This document shows, in pieces, positions 52,531 through 62,514 of a stretch of DNA of 64,000 nt. The DNA is from a virus. The stretch is from IMG/VR virus record IMGVR_UViG_3300045988_169015, positions 64,001-128,000 of that record; one strand, given 5' to 3'. Both the position numbers and the translations under genes were made by a program. The stretch's first letter is position 1; every line of letters begins with the position of its first letter. The notes under the pieces are model-generated. The model had not been told where the DNA came from and searched no databases. It saw only the letters and a list, made by a program, of their open reading frames with translations.

Positions 52531-53217
52531 ATGACAGAGAATAAACAGACTGACAATATTGAAGCGGTAATTTCTGAAGAGAAGAGCTGCGAATGTGGTG
52601 AAATGAATGTTCTTGAATGTGCATCATCAAATAATTTCAATTATGGACTCGAAGAAATGTTTGTTATGTCGGACATTGAGGACAGAAAACTTTTTATCAA
52701 TGGAGAAATCACCCCTGAGACCAGAGCCAATATTTCATATCATATCATGAGATATAATGCACTTGATATTGACGTACCCGTTACAGAGAGAACTCCAATC
52801 ATCATATACATATCATCTACCGGAGGTTCTACGTGGGACGGTATGGGAATCTGTGACTGCATCAAAAATTCAAAGACACCTGTAATTGGTGTTTGTACAT
52901 CATATGCACTGTCCATGGGATTCTATATCTATATTTCGTGCCACAAAAGATATGCTTCTGAAAACGCATTCTTTTTAAATCATGAAGGAAGAGACGGAGA
53001 TTATGGCAGTCCTTCTAAGGTTGATGACTATTGGAGATTTGGTCAAAAATATAAAGAGCGCTTGATGCAGTTTGTTGTGTCAAGAACAAAGCTTTCCATA
53101 AAAGACCTGAAAAAGACAGAGAGAATTGAAAATTATTATTTTGCAGATGAAGCCAAAACGCTTGGCATTGTAGATTCAATCATCGGCAAAGACTGTGACA
53201 TTGATGAGGTCGTATAA
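52531..53217 (+). CDS. ClpP-family (S14) serine protease
   Basis: IIIYISSTGGSTWDGMGICDCIK...TSYALSMGFYI...FFLNHEG matches the ClpP core with the catalytic Ser and His. Confidence 0.8.
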   Translation: MTENKQTDNIEAVISEEKSCECGEMNVLECASSNNFNYGLEEMFVMSDIEDRKLFINGEITPETRANISYHIMRYNALDIDVPVTERTPIIIYISSTGGSTWDGMGICDCIKNSKTPVIGVCTSYALSMGFYIYISCHKRYASENAFFLNHEGRDGDYGSPSKVDDYWRFGQKYKERLMQFVVSRTKLSIKDLKKTERIENYYFADEAKTLGIVDSIIGKDCDIDEVV

Positions 53218-53218
53218 T

Positions 53219-54508
53219 ATGGACAATCAATATTATATAGATCTTTACAATATTCTCTGTGAGAAGCAGCACAACGAGGATATTGAATGGCAGGATGTTG
53301 CCGATATGAGAGCCAGATATGGTATAAACGAAACCAGAGACTGTGCCCGTAAAGGTGCAAAGTTCTTCTATGAGTTTATCAACGGTGGCTGGGAAATCAA
53401 GCCTAAAACCAATGCTGCGACTATATCCACCAAGGAAACCGTTACGATAAACGCAGACAGATCGGAAACAAGCGAACGTACATTCTATATTGAGGATGAA
53501 AGTAAACTTCGTGACGTTGATTATCTTTTGCGCTTACATAATTATGATCCACGTTTCTTTGATGTTTCATCTGCTAAAAACAGCAAATGGAACAGTGGAG
53601 ACAAGACACTATATTCAAGCAAGATAACTGTAAAGCCCAAAGTCCCCGAACTAATGGACTCTGACATGAAGCAGTGGTTCGATGATTTAGATAGAAGATA
53701 CAGTAATATTACCATTCCCGTAGTATCATCAGATTACGGAACGGGTGATAATCTGCTTATTTTACCCATATCTGACCTTCACTTTGCTCTCAGATCCAGT
53801 ATGCTTGAGACCGGAAGCGAATATAACTGCGAGATTGCTGAAAATCTATTTTACTATGTCATTAAAGATGTGATGTCTCGTGTGAAACATATCAAGCTTA
53901 GTAGGATTATATTTACTATAGGCGGAGATCAAAGTAATTTTGATAATCTTGCCGGAACAACTACTAAGGGAACACCGCAAGATAATGCTTGTGGATATTT
54001 TGATATGATGCAGAAGCTGTTCGATATGACTATTATAGCTATTGATATGCTTGCAAATATCGCACCTGTAGATGTTGTCTTGGTGAATGCTAATCATGAC
54101 AAGACTGTTGGATATTCTCTTGCACAATATTGCTATGCCTGGTATAAGGATGACAAAAGAGTAACGGTAGATATGTCCCCTGCTCCTCGTAAGTATCGTG
54201 TTTTTGGTAAAACACTTTTCGTGTTCGCACATGACGCTGATATTAAAAAGCTTCCTGCCCTCATCCCTGATGAGTGTAGAAAAGTATGGAGCAGTGTAAC
54301 TAATACTGAAGTATTTTTACAGCATCTACATAGTGAAATGGTTCTCGATGAAAACAATCACATGAGAATTCAAAGATTGCCCACTATCAGTGCGCCATCA
54401 GCGTGGACTACTGAGCAAGGATATCGTTCAAAGAGACAATGTAAGTCTTTTATTTTCGATAAAGAATATGGACTTACGGATGTTCTATACACAAATATTA
54501 AAGAATAA
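53219..54508 (+). CDS. metallophosphoesterase-like protein (possible nuclease)
   Basis: The ATG at 53219 follows GAGG. Motifs ISDLHF, GGDQSNFD, NANHDK and LQHLHSE. Confidence 0.55.
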   Translation: MDNQYYIDLYNILCEKQHNEDIEWQDVADMRARYGINETRDCARKGAKFFYEFINGGWEIKPKTNAATISTKETVTINADRSETSERTFYIEDESKLRDVDYLLRLHNYDPRFFDVSSAKNSKWNSGDKTLYSSKITVKPKVPELMDSDMKQWFDDLDRRYSNITIPVVSSDYGTGDNLLILPISDLHFALRSSMLETGSEYNCEIAENLFYYVIKDVMSRVKHIKLSRIIFTIGGDQSNFDNLAGTTTKGTPQDNACGYFDMMQKLFDMTIIAIDMLANIAPVDVVLVNANHDKTVGYSLAQYCYAWYKDDKRVTVDMSPAPRKYRVFGKTLFVFAHDADIKKLPALIPDECRKVWSSVTNTEVFLQHLHSEMVLDENNHMRIQRLPTISAPSAWTTEQGYRSKRQCKSFIFDKEYGLTDVLYTNIKE

Positions 54509-54522
54509 AAGGAGAAATTATT

Positions 54523-54795
54523 ATGACTAAGAAGGAATTTATCGCTGCTATCGCAGCAAACGCTAACATGACAAAGAATGATGCTGAGACTGCGCTTAAT
54601 GCGGTTGTTGACACAATTATCTCAGCTCTGGACAAGAAGGACACTGTAAAGCTTTATGGCTTTGGCACCTTCTCTACTGCTGACGTAGAGGCTTGTGAAA
54701 GACAGAATCCCCGCACCAAGGAAAAGTTTGTTTCCCCTGCTCATACTGTCCCCAAGTTCAAGTTCAGTTCTACTTTTAAGAAGTCGTTTAAGTAA
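54523..54795 (+). CDS. hup: HU/IHF-family DNA-binding protein
   Basis: MTKKEFIAAIA...TKNDAETALNAVVDTI...VKLYGFGTF...RNPRT. Confidence 0.85.
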   Translation: MTKKEFIAAIAANANMTKNDAETALNAVVDTIISALDKKDTVKLYGFGTFSTADVEACERQNPRTKEKFVSPAHTVPKFKFSSTFKKSFK

Positions 54796-54810
54796 TAAGG
54801 GGGCGATATT

Positions 54811-55179
54811 ATGTCGTCTTCCAAGAAAAATCAGCCTGAAATGATCACTAAGACAGAATTTATAAAAAGGATGTCTTATGATACTGGCTTCACTCAGGCT
54901 AATTGTAGAATTGCTTATGACTCCTTTGTCAATATAATGAAAGAGACTTTGCTTGAAGGCAGAGGTCTTTATTTCATTAAGCTCGGTTGGCTTGAGCCCT
55001 ATATCAAGCCGCCCAGAAAAATGTTTCGTCTTGACGGAAACGGAGTAATGCTCGACGAAAATGGTAACAAAGTTGAGTATATTTTTCCCGAAACAAGATG
55101 GGTCAAGTTCCGTATCACTCAGAAGTTTAAGAGAGATATGAACCCCGGAATATATGACAAAGACGAAGAAGAAGATTAA
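54811..55179 (+). CDS. divergent HU/IHF-like protein
   Basis: KTEFIKRMSYDTGFTQANCRIAYDSFVNIMKETL pattern. Adjacent to the HU gene. Confidence 0.55.
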   Translation: MSSSKKNQPEMITKTEFIKRMSYDTGFTQANCRIAYDSFVNIMKETLLEGRGLYFIKLGWLEPYIKPPRKMFRLDGNGVMLDENGNKVEYIFPETRWVKFRITQKFKRDMNPGIYDKDEEED

Positions 55180-55213
55180 CGATGGTGCTGCCCCAATAGG
55201 GGCGCACTATTTT

Positions 55214-55288
55214 GGTGCGATGGTCAAGTGGTTAAGATGGTGCCCTTTCACGGCGTCGGCTCGGGTTCGAATCCCGATCGCATCCCCA
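55214..55288 (+). tRNA. tRNA-Glu(UUC), CCA encoded
   Basis: GGTGCGA-TG-GTC-AAGTGGTTAA-GAT-G-GTGCC-CTTTCAC-GGCGT-CGGC-TCGGG-TTCGAAT-CCCGA-TCGCATC-C-CCA. Confidence 0.8.
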
Positions 55289-55384
55289 ATGAGCTTTCAG
55301 AGGCTTTGTGCTCCGAACAAGCCTTCGCCCTTGTGGCAAAATAATATATATAATAGTATATCAGAATGAAAGGAAGATTTATGA

Positions 55385-56014
55385 ATGTCATATTCAGGAT
55401 ACCGCACAATTTATTTACCATCTGATCCTGAAGCTGATAAACGTGGCTTTGTTCCCGAACACAGAGTTGTGGCAAGGAAAATCCTTGGCAGACCTTTGAA
55501 GCCGGGCGAAGTGGTTCACCACAAGGATCAGAATCGATTGAATAATAGCGAAGATAACATAATCGTGTTTGTCTCCCGAGAAGCTCATACGAGATATCAT
55601 CAGGGAGGCACTTTGGTTGAGACCGACGAACCTAACGTTTACACGAGTTATTTTTATCGTCCCGAAATTCCCTGTGCTTACTGTGGACAAATGTTTAAAC
55701 CCAAAAGAGCTGATGCTAAGTTCTGTTGCTCTGAATGCAGCTCTTTAGCGCAGCGTAAAACAGATCGTCCAAGCAGAAGGGAACTTAAGAGATTGTTATT
55801 GGAATACAATATTACTCAGATTTCTCATATGTATGGTTTGACTGATAATGGCATCAGACGTTGGTGCCAAGCAGAAAAGCTGCCGTATAAGAAAAAAGAT
55901 CTTGATAAAATGAGAGAAAAGGAAAGACTTAAAGCCGAAGAAAAGGCTTTAGAGAAAGAAATGAAGGAACGCATTGCAGAGCGTGACAGGATGATTAAAA
56001 AAAATAGCAAATGA
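55385..56014 (+). CDS. HNH homing-endonuclease-like protein
   Basis: VPEHRVVARKILGRPLKPGEVVHHKDQNRLNNSEDNIIVF...EAHTRYH. Confidence 0.8.
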   Translation: MSYSGYRTIYLPSDPEADKRGFVPEHRVVARKILGRPLKPGEVVHHKDQNRLNNSEDNIIVFVSREAHTRYHQGGTLVETDEPNVYTSYFYRPEIPCAYCGQMFKPKRADAKFCCSECSSLAQRKTDRPSRRELKRLLLEYNITQISHMYGLTDNGIRRWCQAEKLPYKKKDLDKMREKERLKAEEKALEKEMKERIAERDRMIKKNSK

Positions 56015-56043
56015 CATTAGTTCCTTCATAAAAAGGAGGAATT

Positions 56044-57090
56044 ATGCCGAAGCAAAATTTAGGACGTAAAGCTCCTCAGCAACAAAAGAAAAAAGCTGTA
56101 GATACGCGTGTTGAGATGCTTAAACAAATTGCTGCTGGTAACGAGAATGTCCCATTTATGTATCGCTGCGAAAAATGCGGCAAACAAGTTATGGACGATG
56201 ACAGAGAATTTATGATCAGCTTCAGCAAGCTTCACGTAGGACACAGATGCAGGCTTCCAATATGCAAAGACTGTTTGGATTCGTTATATGAGGAATATCT
56301 CGAAGAGCTTGGCAGCGAAGAAGAAGCGGTTCGCAGAGTGTGCATGAAGTTTGACATATATTATAATAAAGAGATCGTCAATTTGATGAAGAGCGCTTCT
56401 AAGCCTTTGAAGCGAATGACATACTATGTTGGTAAAACCCATACTGCAAAGTATGCAAACAAAACATATGACACTACTATATTGGAAGAAAAGGCAGAAG
56501 AGGATAAAATAACTACATATGAGGATATGTATTCTTCAAAAGAGATAGATCCAGATACGGTGTCTTTCTGGGGTTCCGGATTTAAACCCGAAGATTACGA
56601 ATATTTGGATAGCCGATATTCTGAATGGATCCTATCTTATCCTGTACAGGCAAAGGCTATGGAAGCAATTATTCAGAAAATATGTTTGCTTGAGCTTCAG
56701 ATTATGAGAGGTATTCAAAAGGGAGATAAGGTTGATAGCTTATGTAAGGCTATGAACGACCTTATGAATTCTGCGGGCATTCAGCCTAAACAAAGCAGCG
56801 AGAACACAATGAGCGACACTGCTTCATTCGGGGTCCTGATAAAACGTTGGGAAGACGAAGAGCCTATACCCGAACCTGAAGAAAAATGGAAAGATATCGA
56901 TGGAATCAGACGCTATATCAGCGTCTTTTTCTTTGGACATTTATCTAAGATGTTCGGATTTAAAAATAACTGGAGTCAACTCTATGAAGACGAAATAAGA
57001 AAATATACTGTTAATCGTCCTGAGCTTGAAGAAGAAGATATCAATCAGATCACATATGAAGATATTTTTGGGTCCGGTGATGAGCCTTGA
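56044..57090 (+). CDS. possible terminase small subunit
   Basis: 348-aa ORF directly upstream of and overlapping terL. Basic N-terminus. The call is by position only. Confidence 0.45.
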   Translation: MPKQNLGRKAPQQQKKKAVDTRVEMLKQIAAGNENVPFMYRCEKCGKQVMDDDREFMISFSKLHVGHRCRLPICKDCLDSLYEEYLEELGSEEEAVRRVCMKFDIYYNKEIVNLMKSASKPLKRMTYYVGKTHTAKYANKTYDTTILEEKAEEDKITTYEDMYSSKEIDPDTVSFWGSGFKPEDYEYLDSRYSEWILSYPVQAKAMEAIIQKICLLELQIMRGIQKGDKVDSLCKAMNDLMNSAGIQPKQSSENTMSDTASFGVLIKRWEDEEPIPEPEEKWKDIDGIRRYISVFFFGHLSKMFGFKNNWSQLYEDEIRKYTVNRPELEEEDINQITYEDIFGSGDEP

Positions 57091-58850
57091 GTAAATATAG
57101 ACAGTATAATACAGGAATACAGGACAAGTCTGAAAAGATGATGACTACGATAGCAAAGCGTGCAGCATTCTACAGAGAAAATCCTAACAGATTTGTAAAG
57201 GATTATCTGGGAATAGAGCTGAAATTATTCCAAGAGATTATTCTTGTGATGATGAATTACTGCACGAACAGTATGTTTTTGGCCGCAAGAGGCCTCGGAA
57301 AAACATACTTAACAGCTATTTTCTGTGTTGTCAGATGTATCTTGTATCCCGGTACCAAAATATGCGTAGCATCAAAAACACTTAAGCAGGCCAAGGAAGT
57401 TCTGAAGAAGATAACGTCAGAGCTTATGCCGAATTCTCCAAATCTTAGATTGGAGATAAAACAAATAACGCTCAATAGTGTTGATGCTCAGATTGAATTT
57501 AAAAATGGTTCTATGATTTTCGTAACCACTACGACCGATACAGCTCGTGGCGGCAGATGTCACATACTTCTTGTGGATGAGTTCCGTCTGTGCAAGAAAG
57601 AAGTTATTGAAACCGTTCTCAGACCTTTTATGCGTTCGGAGCGTATGCCTGGTTTCTTCAAGAAGAAAGAATATGTTAACTATCCCAAGGAACGTAATAA
57701 AGAAATTTACATGTCTTCGGTGTGGCTTAAGTCACATTGGGCATATAAAGAAGCACAGAGCTATGTTGTCGATCTGATGAATCAAAAGAAGAAAACATTT
57801 ATATGCGGACTTCCCTATCAGATGTCTATCAAAGAAGGACTTTTGAATCCAGAGCAAGTATTGGAAGAAATGATGAGCCCGACTTTTAATGAAATTTCAT
57901 TCAGCATGGAGTCTGGCTGCTTATGGTGGGGCGAAAGTGAAGATTCATTTTTCAGGTTTGACGACTTGATGAAAGCCAGAAGAATCAAAGAAGCTATATA
58001 TCCCAAAGAGATATATACTCAGATCTCGAACAAAATCATTAAGTATCCCGAAAAAACACCGGGAGAACTTAGATTGCTTTCTGCCGATATTGCTGTAATG
58101 AGTTCGAAGCGCAATAAAAATGATGCAACATCAATTTTTGTTACTCAGCTGCTTCCCACTAAAGACGGTCAATATATCAGAAATGTCCTCTATTCTGAAA
58201 ATAAAGAAGGCGGACATACTGAAGATCAAGCCCTAACCATCCGTCGAATTTTTGAGCAAATGGATTGTGATTACATAGTTATAGATACTCAAGGTGTTGG
58301 TGTTGGAGTATTTGATAATCTTGTTAAGGATATGACTGATGATATAACCGGAGAATTTTATCCTGCTTTCACTTGTATTAACGATGCTGAGATGGCTGAG
58401 CACTATAAAGGATCAAGCACTAATCCTGCAAAAGTTATATATAGTGTAAAAGCTAACACGAAATGGAACTCACAATGCGCATATGCTCTAAGAGACTGTA
58501 TTCGTCGTGGTAAAATGAGACTTCTTCTTGATGAAGAGGAATTTAATGATGAATATGAAAGCAATAAAGCATTTTATAATTTGAGTGCTGAAGATAAGCT
58601 CACCATTAAAATGCCTTATATCCAGACATCGTTGCTCATCAATGAATTGGTCAATCTTGAATATACGACTGTTGGAGCAGAAATAAAGATCAAAGAGACC
58701 GGAACAAATCGAAAAGACCGATACAGCTCACTATCTTATGCAAATCAGATTGCAAATGAGCTTGAACGTAAATTGAGTAAGCCTAAACTTTCCCAGAGTG
58801 CATTTAGGCTTCAATGCAGAAGCCCTAAATGTATGTCGATAGGAAGGTGA
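57087..58850 (+). CDS. terL: terminase large subunit
   Basis: Walker A-like AARGLGKTY and Walker B HILLVDEF. Size and position fit. The start may be the ATG at 57138. Confidence 0.85.
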   Translation: MSKYRQYNTGIQDKSEKMMTTIAKRAAFYRENPNRFVKDYLGIELKLFQEIILVMMNYCTNSMFLAARGLGKTYLTAIFCVVRCILYPGTKICVASKTLKQAKEVLKKITSELMPNSPNLRLEIKQITLNSVDAQIEFKNGSMIFVTTTTDTARGGRCHILLVDEFRLCKKEVIETVLRPFMRSERMPGFFKKKEYVNYPKERNKEIYMSSVWLKSHWAYKEAQSYVVDLMNQKKKTFICGLPYQMSIKEGLLNPEQVLEEMMSPTFNEISFSMESGCLWWGESEDSFFRFDDLMKARRIKEAIYPKEIYTQISNKIIKYPEKTPGELRLLSADIAVMSSKRNKNDATSIFVTQLLPTKDGQYIRNVLYSENKEGGHTEDQALTIRRIFEQMDCDYIVIDTQGVGVGVFDNLVKDMTDDITGEFYPAFTCINDAEMAEHYKGSSTNPAKVIYSVKANTKWNSQCAYALRDCIRRGKMRLLLDEEEFNDEYESNKAFYNLSAEDKLTIKMPYIQTSLLINELVNLEYTTVGAEIKIKETGTNRKDRYSSLSYANQIANELERKLSKPKLSQSAFRLQCRSPKCMSIGR

Positions 58851-58856
58851 TATAAA

Positions 58857-60332
58857 ATGGCAGAACAAATAAACTATAACGAACAATGGAAGAATGCTAT
58901 GAAAGATTTGCGATTTTCTAAGTTGACCGACGTGCAACTTTTAAATTTAGCAAGTAATACTCATACTTCCGTTATTTATACCAAATATACAAAAGAAAAC
59001 ATTATCAAGTATCTTAAAAATCCCGAAACTAATGCCAAACAGCTGCGCAATGCTTCGATATACTTATATGAAGTTTCGTCACAGTATCGTAGAGTAGTCA
59101 ATTATTTTGCTCATATGTGTCCGCTTAATTATATAATGTATCCGTTTAAGTTTGACGCCACTAAGGAAATAAATGATAAGGCTTTTAAAGCCTCATATAA
59201 AAAGGCTACAGATTTCATGTCGATATTTAATCTGCGTCATGAAATGAGAAAAGCATTAACTATCGCTTGGAGAGAGGATATCTTTGCAGGATACATTTAT
59301 CAGACAAAAGACTCGTTTTACATAAGAAAGCTTCCTGCTGATTATGTTAAGATAGCCTCAATAGTCGATGGCTGTTATATTGTAGCTTTTGATTTCAGTT
59401 ATTTCCGTGGAAAAGAAGATGAACTTGAATCGTATGGACAGGAATTTATTGATAAATACGAAATTTATAAGAAAGATTCCTCTCAGCGCTGGCAGCTTCT
59501 CGATGAAAAGAAACAGTTTTGCTTAAAAATTTCTGAAGATGTTACTTACCCTCTTATCCCTCTTGCCGGTTGTTTAGTGGGCATTTATGACATTGAAGAT
59601 TATAAGGATCTTCAGAAGGGCGCCTCAATCCTGAGAAATTATAAGGCTCTTGGATTGAAGCTTCCTACTGATGAAACCGGAAATCTTCTTATTGACAAAA
59701 CGCTTGCAGATCAATTTTATGCTCAGCTGACAAACATTACGCCTGATAATATTGGCGTTTTTGAGACCCCTATGGATGTACAAGTATTTGATTTCGAGAA
59801 GTCCGGAGCAGAAGATCCGGATAAAACCTATGAAGCTATCCGAAATTTCTATAACGATGTTGGAGTTTCTTCATTGCTTTTTGGCAGTGATAAACAAACT
59901 GCAGCATCGTTGAATATTTCAATAACAGCAGATGAGTGTCTGACGTTCGCTGTCAATCGTCAGATCGAACGTAATGTAAACAGGTTACTTAAAAATCTTA
60001 GTGGCACACAGAAATTCCAGATAACCATTTTGGATATAAGTGAATACCACAGACAACAGTTTCATGATTTACTTCTTAAGGATGCTCAATACGGAGTGCC
60101 TGTTAAGTCTGCTATTGCAGCCTCAGTAGGCATCGATCAACCTGCAATGAATGCTATGCTATTTATGGAAAATGATTTCCTGAAAATGCACGAAAAAATG
60201 ATACCTCTAAGCTCTTCATATACTTTAGCTTCTGGGGATGAAGCAGGTCGCCCGACCGCCGAAGAAAATGGAGAAGAAATCTCCGACTCAAACGAAAACA
60301 CAAGAGAACATGACAGTAACGCATCGAGGTGA
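58857..60332 (+). CDS. portal protein
   Basis: 491 aa immediately after terL, with an acidic C-terminus. Confidence 0.7.
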   Translation: MAEQINYNEQWKNAMKDLRFSKLTDVQLLNLASNTHTSVIYTKYTKENIIKYLKNPETNAKQLRNASIYLYEVSSQYRRVVNYFAHMCPLNYIMYPFKFDATKEINDKAFKASYKKATDFMSIFNLRHEMRKALTIAWREDIFAGYIYQTKDSFYIRKLPADYVKIASIVDGCYIVAFDFSYFRGKEDELESYGQEFIDKYEIYKKDSSQRWQLLDEKKQFCLKISEDVTYPLIPLAGCLVGIYDIEDYKDLQKGASILRNYKALGLKLPTDETGNLLIDKTLADQFYAQLTNITPDNIGVFETPMDVQVFDFEKSGAEDPDKTYEAIRNFYNDVGVSSLLFGSDKQTAASLNISITADECLTFAVNRQIERNVNRLLKNLSGTQKFQITILDISEYHRQQFHDLLLKDAQYGVPVKSAIAASVGIDQPAMNAMLFMENDFLKMHEKMIPLSSSYTLASGDEAGRPTAEENGEEISDSNENTREHDSNASR

Positions 60333-60336
60333 CAGT

Positions 60337-60519
60337 ATGAAATTTATTATTACACAAAGTGAGAGTGTTGCTGACGCTTTGATTAAATCTGGATATGAGC
60401 CGTTACCTAATATGGGTAGCGGTTTTTTCATATTTAAAAACGAGCCATCAATCAGGAAGTTTTGTAAAGAAAATCTCGAAAATGGTGCTTACGTTTTTAC
60501 AGACAAAATATTTCTTTGA
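60337..60519 (+). CDS. hypothetical protein
   Basis: The ATG at 60337 follows GAGGTG. 60 aa. Confidence 0.5.
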   Translation: MKFIITQSESVADALIKSGYEPLPNMGSGFFIFKNEPSIRKFCKENLENGAYVFTDKIFL

Positions 60520-61976
60520 GAAGGGCGGTGAAAAATTTGGCATTAAGCGAATTAAATAATGTTTCTCTCGCAGTAACATATGACCTTGATGAAAGTTTTG
60601 ACACTGACCGATTCATTAAGATGAGACTCAGAGTATGTCATGATGGAGTGAATCCTAATGGTTCAAATTTCAACGTTGATGATATGAACTCTGCGAAAGA
60701 TACACTGAAAAACATTCCTATTCTTGCAAACGTTGAATTTGACGAGAATGGCCAGCCCCAGTTTGGCTCTCATGATATGTCTATTGAAAAGGATAAGGTC
60801 AATGAGGGAGAATATCGTATGATTTACAAAGAAGTTCCCATTGGTGTTATTCCTGAGACGAACAATTATGAGGTAGCTGAATATGACGGCAAAAACTATG
60901 TATTTGTAGATGGATATGTATGGCGAGGATATTCAAATTACGCTGAGGATATTATCGAACGTGATAAAAATATCAAGCTTTCTATGGAAATAAGTGTTAA
61001 TGAATTTACTTTTAATGCTGCCAAGAAAATCTATAACATAACCGACTATAAATACACCGGTATTACTTTTCTTAACAATGAGCTTGGTACAGGCATGAAA
61101 AATGCAATGGGTACTACAGACACATTCGCAGAAAAGGACAATATCAATGAAAAAATGCTTATTATCATGCAAGAGCTGAATGAAACTCTTGTCGCTTTTA
61201 ATAAGAAAAATACTGAAGAAGGAGGTAAAAAACAAATGGATGAGAATATTGTAACAAACGCTACACCCGAAGAGCAGCCTGCTGCTCCTGCGGAAAATTT
61301 TGAAGGAGAGCCTGCTGCACCCGAAATTCCTGCTTCAGTTGAAAGCGGAGCTCCCGCAAATGATAAATTTGTAAAGACTTTTGAGCTCTCTCATGACGAC
61401 GTTCGTTGTGCTCTCTATGCTCTTCTTGAACCTATCGAGACGGAGAATAATGATTGGTACTATATAGACGCCGTATATGATACATACTTCGATTATGCTT
61501 CTTGGTCTGGCAACTCTCTGTACAGACAGAAGTACACAAAGAATGGCGAAAACATTACTTTTGAGGGCGATCCCTATGAAGTATTCGTTGAAAAACTGAC
61601 TTCCGATGAGAAGGCGGCTCTTGACACAATGAGAGCAAATTATGAGTCTATGCAGACAGAGATGATTTCACTCAGAGATTACAAGGCAAAGATTGAAGCT
61701 GAGTTTGCTCTTGCAGAAAAACAGGAGATCATTGACAAGTGGTCTGAGAATCTGAAAGATTCTGCTGAGTTTGCAGCCCTTAAGGATAAGCTTAATGAGT
61801 ATTCCAAGGAAGACCTTGAAAGGGAATGTAAGTGTATTTTTGCTGATGCGAAAGCAAGCTTTACATTTTCAGCAAAACCTAAAGATGATGGAGTAGTTAG
61901 AATACCTATCGTAGAAAAAGATTCCGTACCTTCCAGTCCCTATGGCGACTTGTTTGATTTGTACGGCACAAAGTAA
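60516..61976 (+). CDS. head scaffold / maturation protein candidate
   Basis: 486 aa between the portal and capsid genes, with a Pro/Ala/Glu-rich central linker and a coiled-coil C-terminus. The call is positional. Confidence 0.5.
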   Translation: MRRAVKNLALSELNNVSLAVTYDLDESFDTDRFIKMRLRVCHDGVNPNGSNFNVDDMNSAKDTLKNIPILANVEFDENGQPQFGSHDMSIEKDKVNEGEYRMIYKEVPIGVIPETNNYEVAEYDGKNYVFVDGYVWRGYSNYAEDIIERDKNIKLSMEISVNEFTFNAAKKIYNITDYKYTGITFLNNELGTGMKNAMGTTDTFAEKDNINEKMLIIMQELNETLVAFNKKNTEEGGKKQMDENIVTNATPEEQPAAPAENFEGEPAAPEIPASVESGAPANDKFVKTFELSHDDVRCALYALLEPIETENNDWYYIDAVYDTYFDYASWSGNSLYRQKYTKNGENITFEGDPYEVFVEKLTSDEKAALDTMRANYESMQTEMISLRDYKAKIEAEFALAEKQEIIDKWSENLKDSAEFAALKDKLNEYSKEDLERECKCIFADAKASFTFSAKPKDDGVVRIPIVEKDSVPSSPYGDLFDLYGTK

Positions 61977-61996
61977 TATTAGAAAGGATGAATAAT

Positions 61997-62494
61997 ATGG
62001 CATATACAGTTGTAAATCTCGATCGTATGAGCGGTACAGAAGATAGCACTCTTCTTGTATCTCTCAAGTATTTTGTTTCCGAGAACCCTGCCGAGATTGA
62101 AAACGGCGGAATTGTTGAGATTGGCGATTTTATCGACAATGAGAGAGAAGTCAGAAAGGCAACAGCGCCTACAGCTTCTACTCCCATTACCAAGCTTGTA
62201 CTCGTTGCGAATCCCGAAATAATTTATGATGAGACCAGACATCATGGTCTTGAAGAGTATGTTAACGAGGCTGGCAAGGTTATACGTGGCTATCGTTTCC
62301 ACAGCGGAGATGGTTTTTCAATGACCGCTGAAGGCTTCTCCGGCACACCCGCTAAGGGTAAGTATATTAAGGTTGGTACTACCACAAAGCCTGTAATCGC
62401 AAACGACGCAAGCACTGGTACTATTATCGGTAAGATTACAGATGTGTACACCCTTGGTGCACATACTTTCTATTACGTTGATCTTGCACTTTAA
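61997..62494 (+). CDS. head-associated protein (decoration or minor capsid candidate)
   Basis: The ATG at 61997 lies 9 nt after GAAAGGA. Located directly before the major capsid gene. Confidence 0.5.
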   Translation: MAYTVVNLDRMSGTEDSTLLVSLKYFVSENPAEIENGGIVEIGDFIDNEREVRKATAPTASTPITKLVLVANPEIIYDETRHHGLEEYVNEAGKVIRGYRFHSGDGFSMTAEGFSGTPAKGKYIKVGTTTKPVIANDASTGTIIGKITDVYTLGAHTFYYVDLAL

Positions 62495-62514
62495 TTTGAG
62501 AGGAGTGATTTTTA

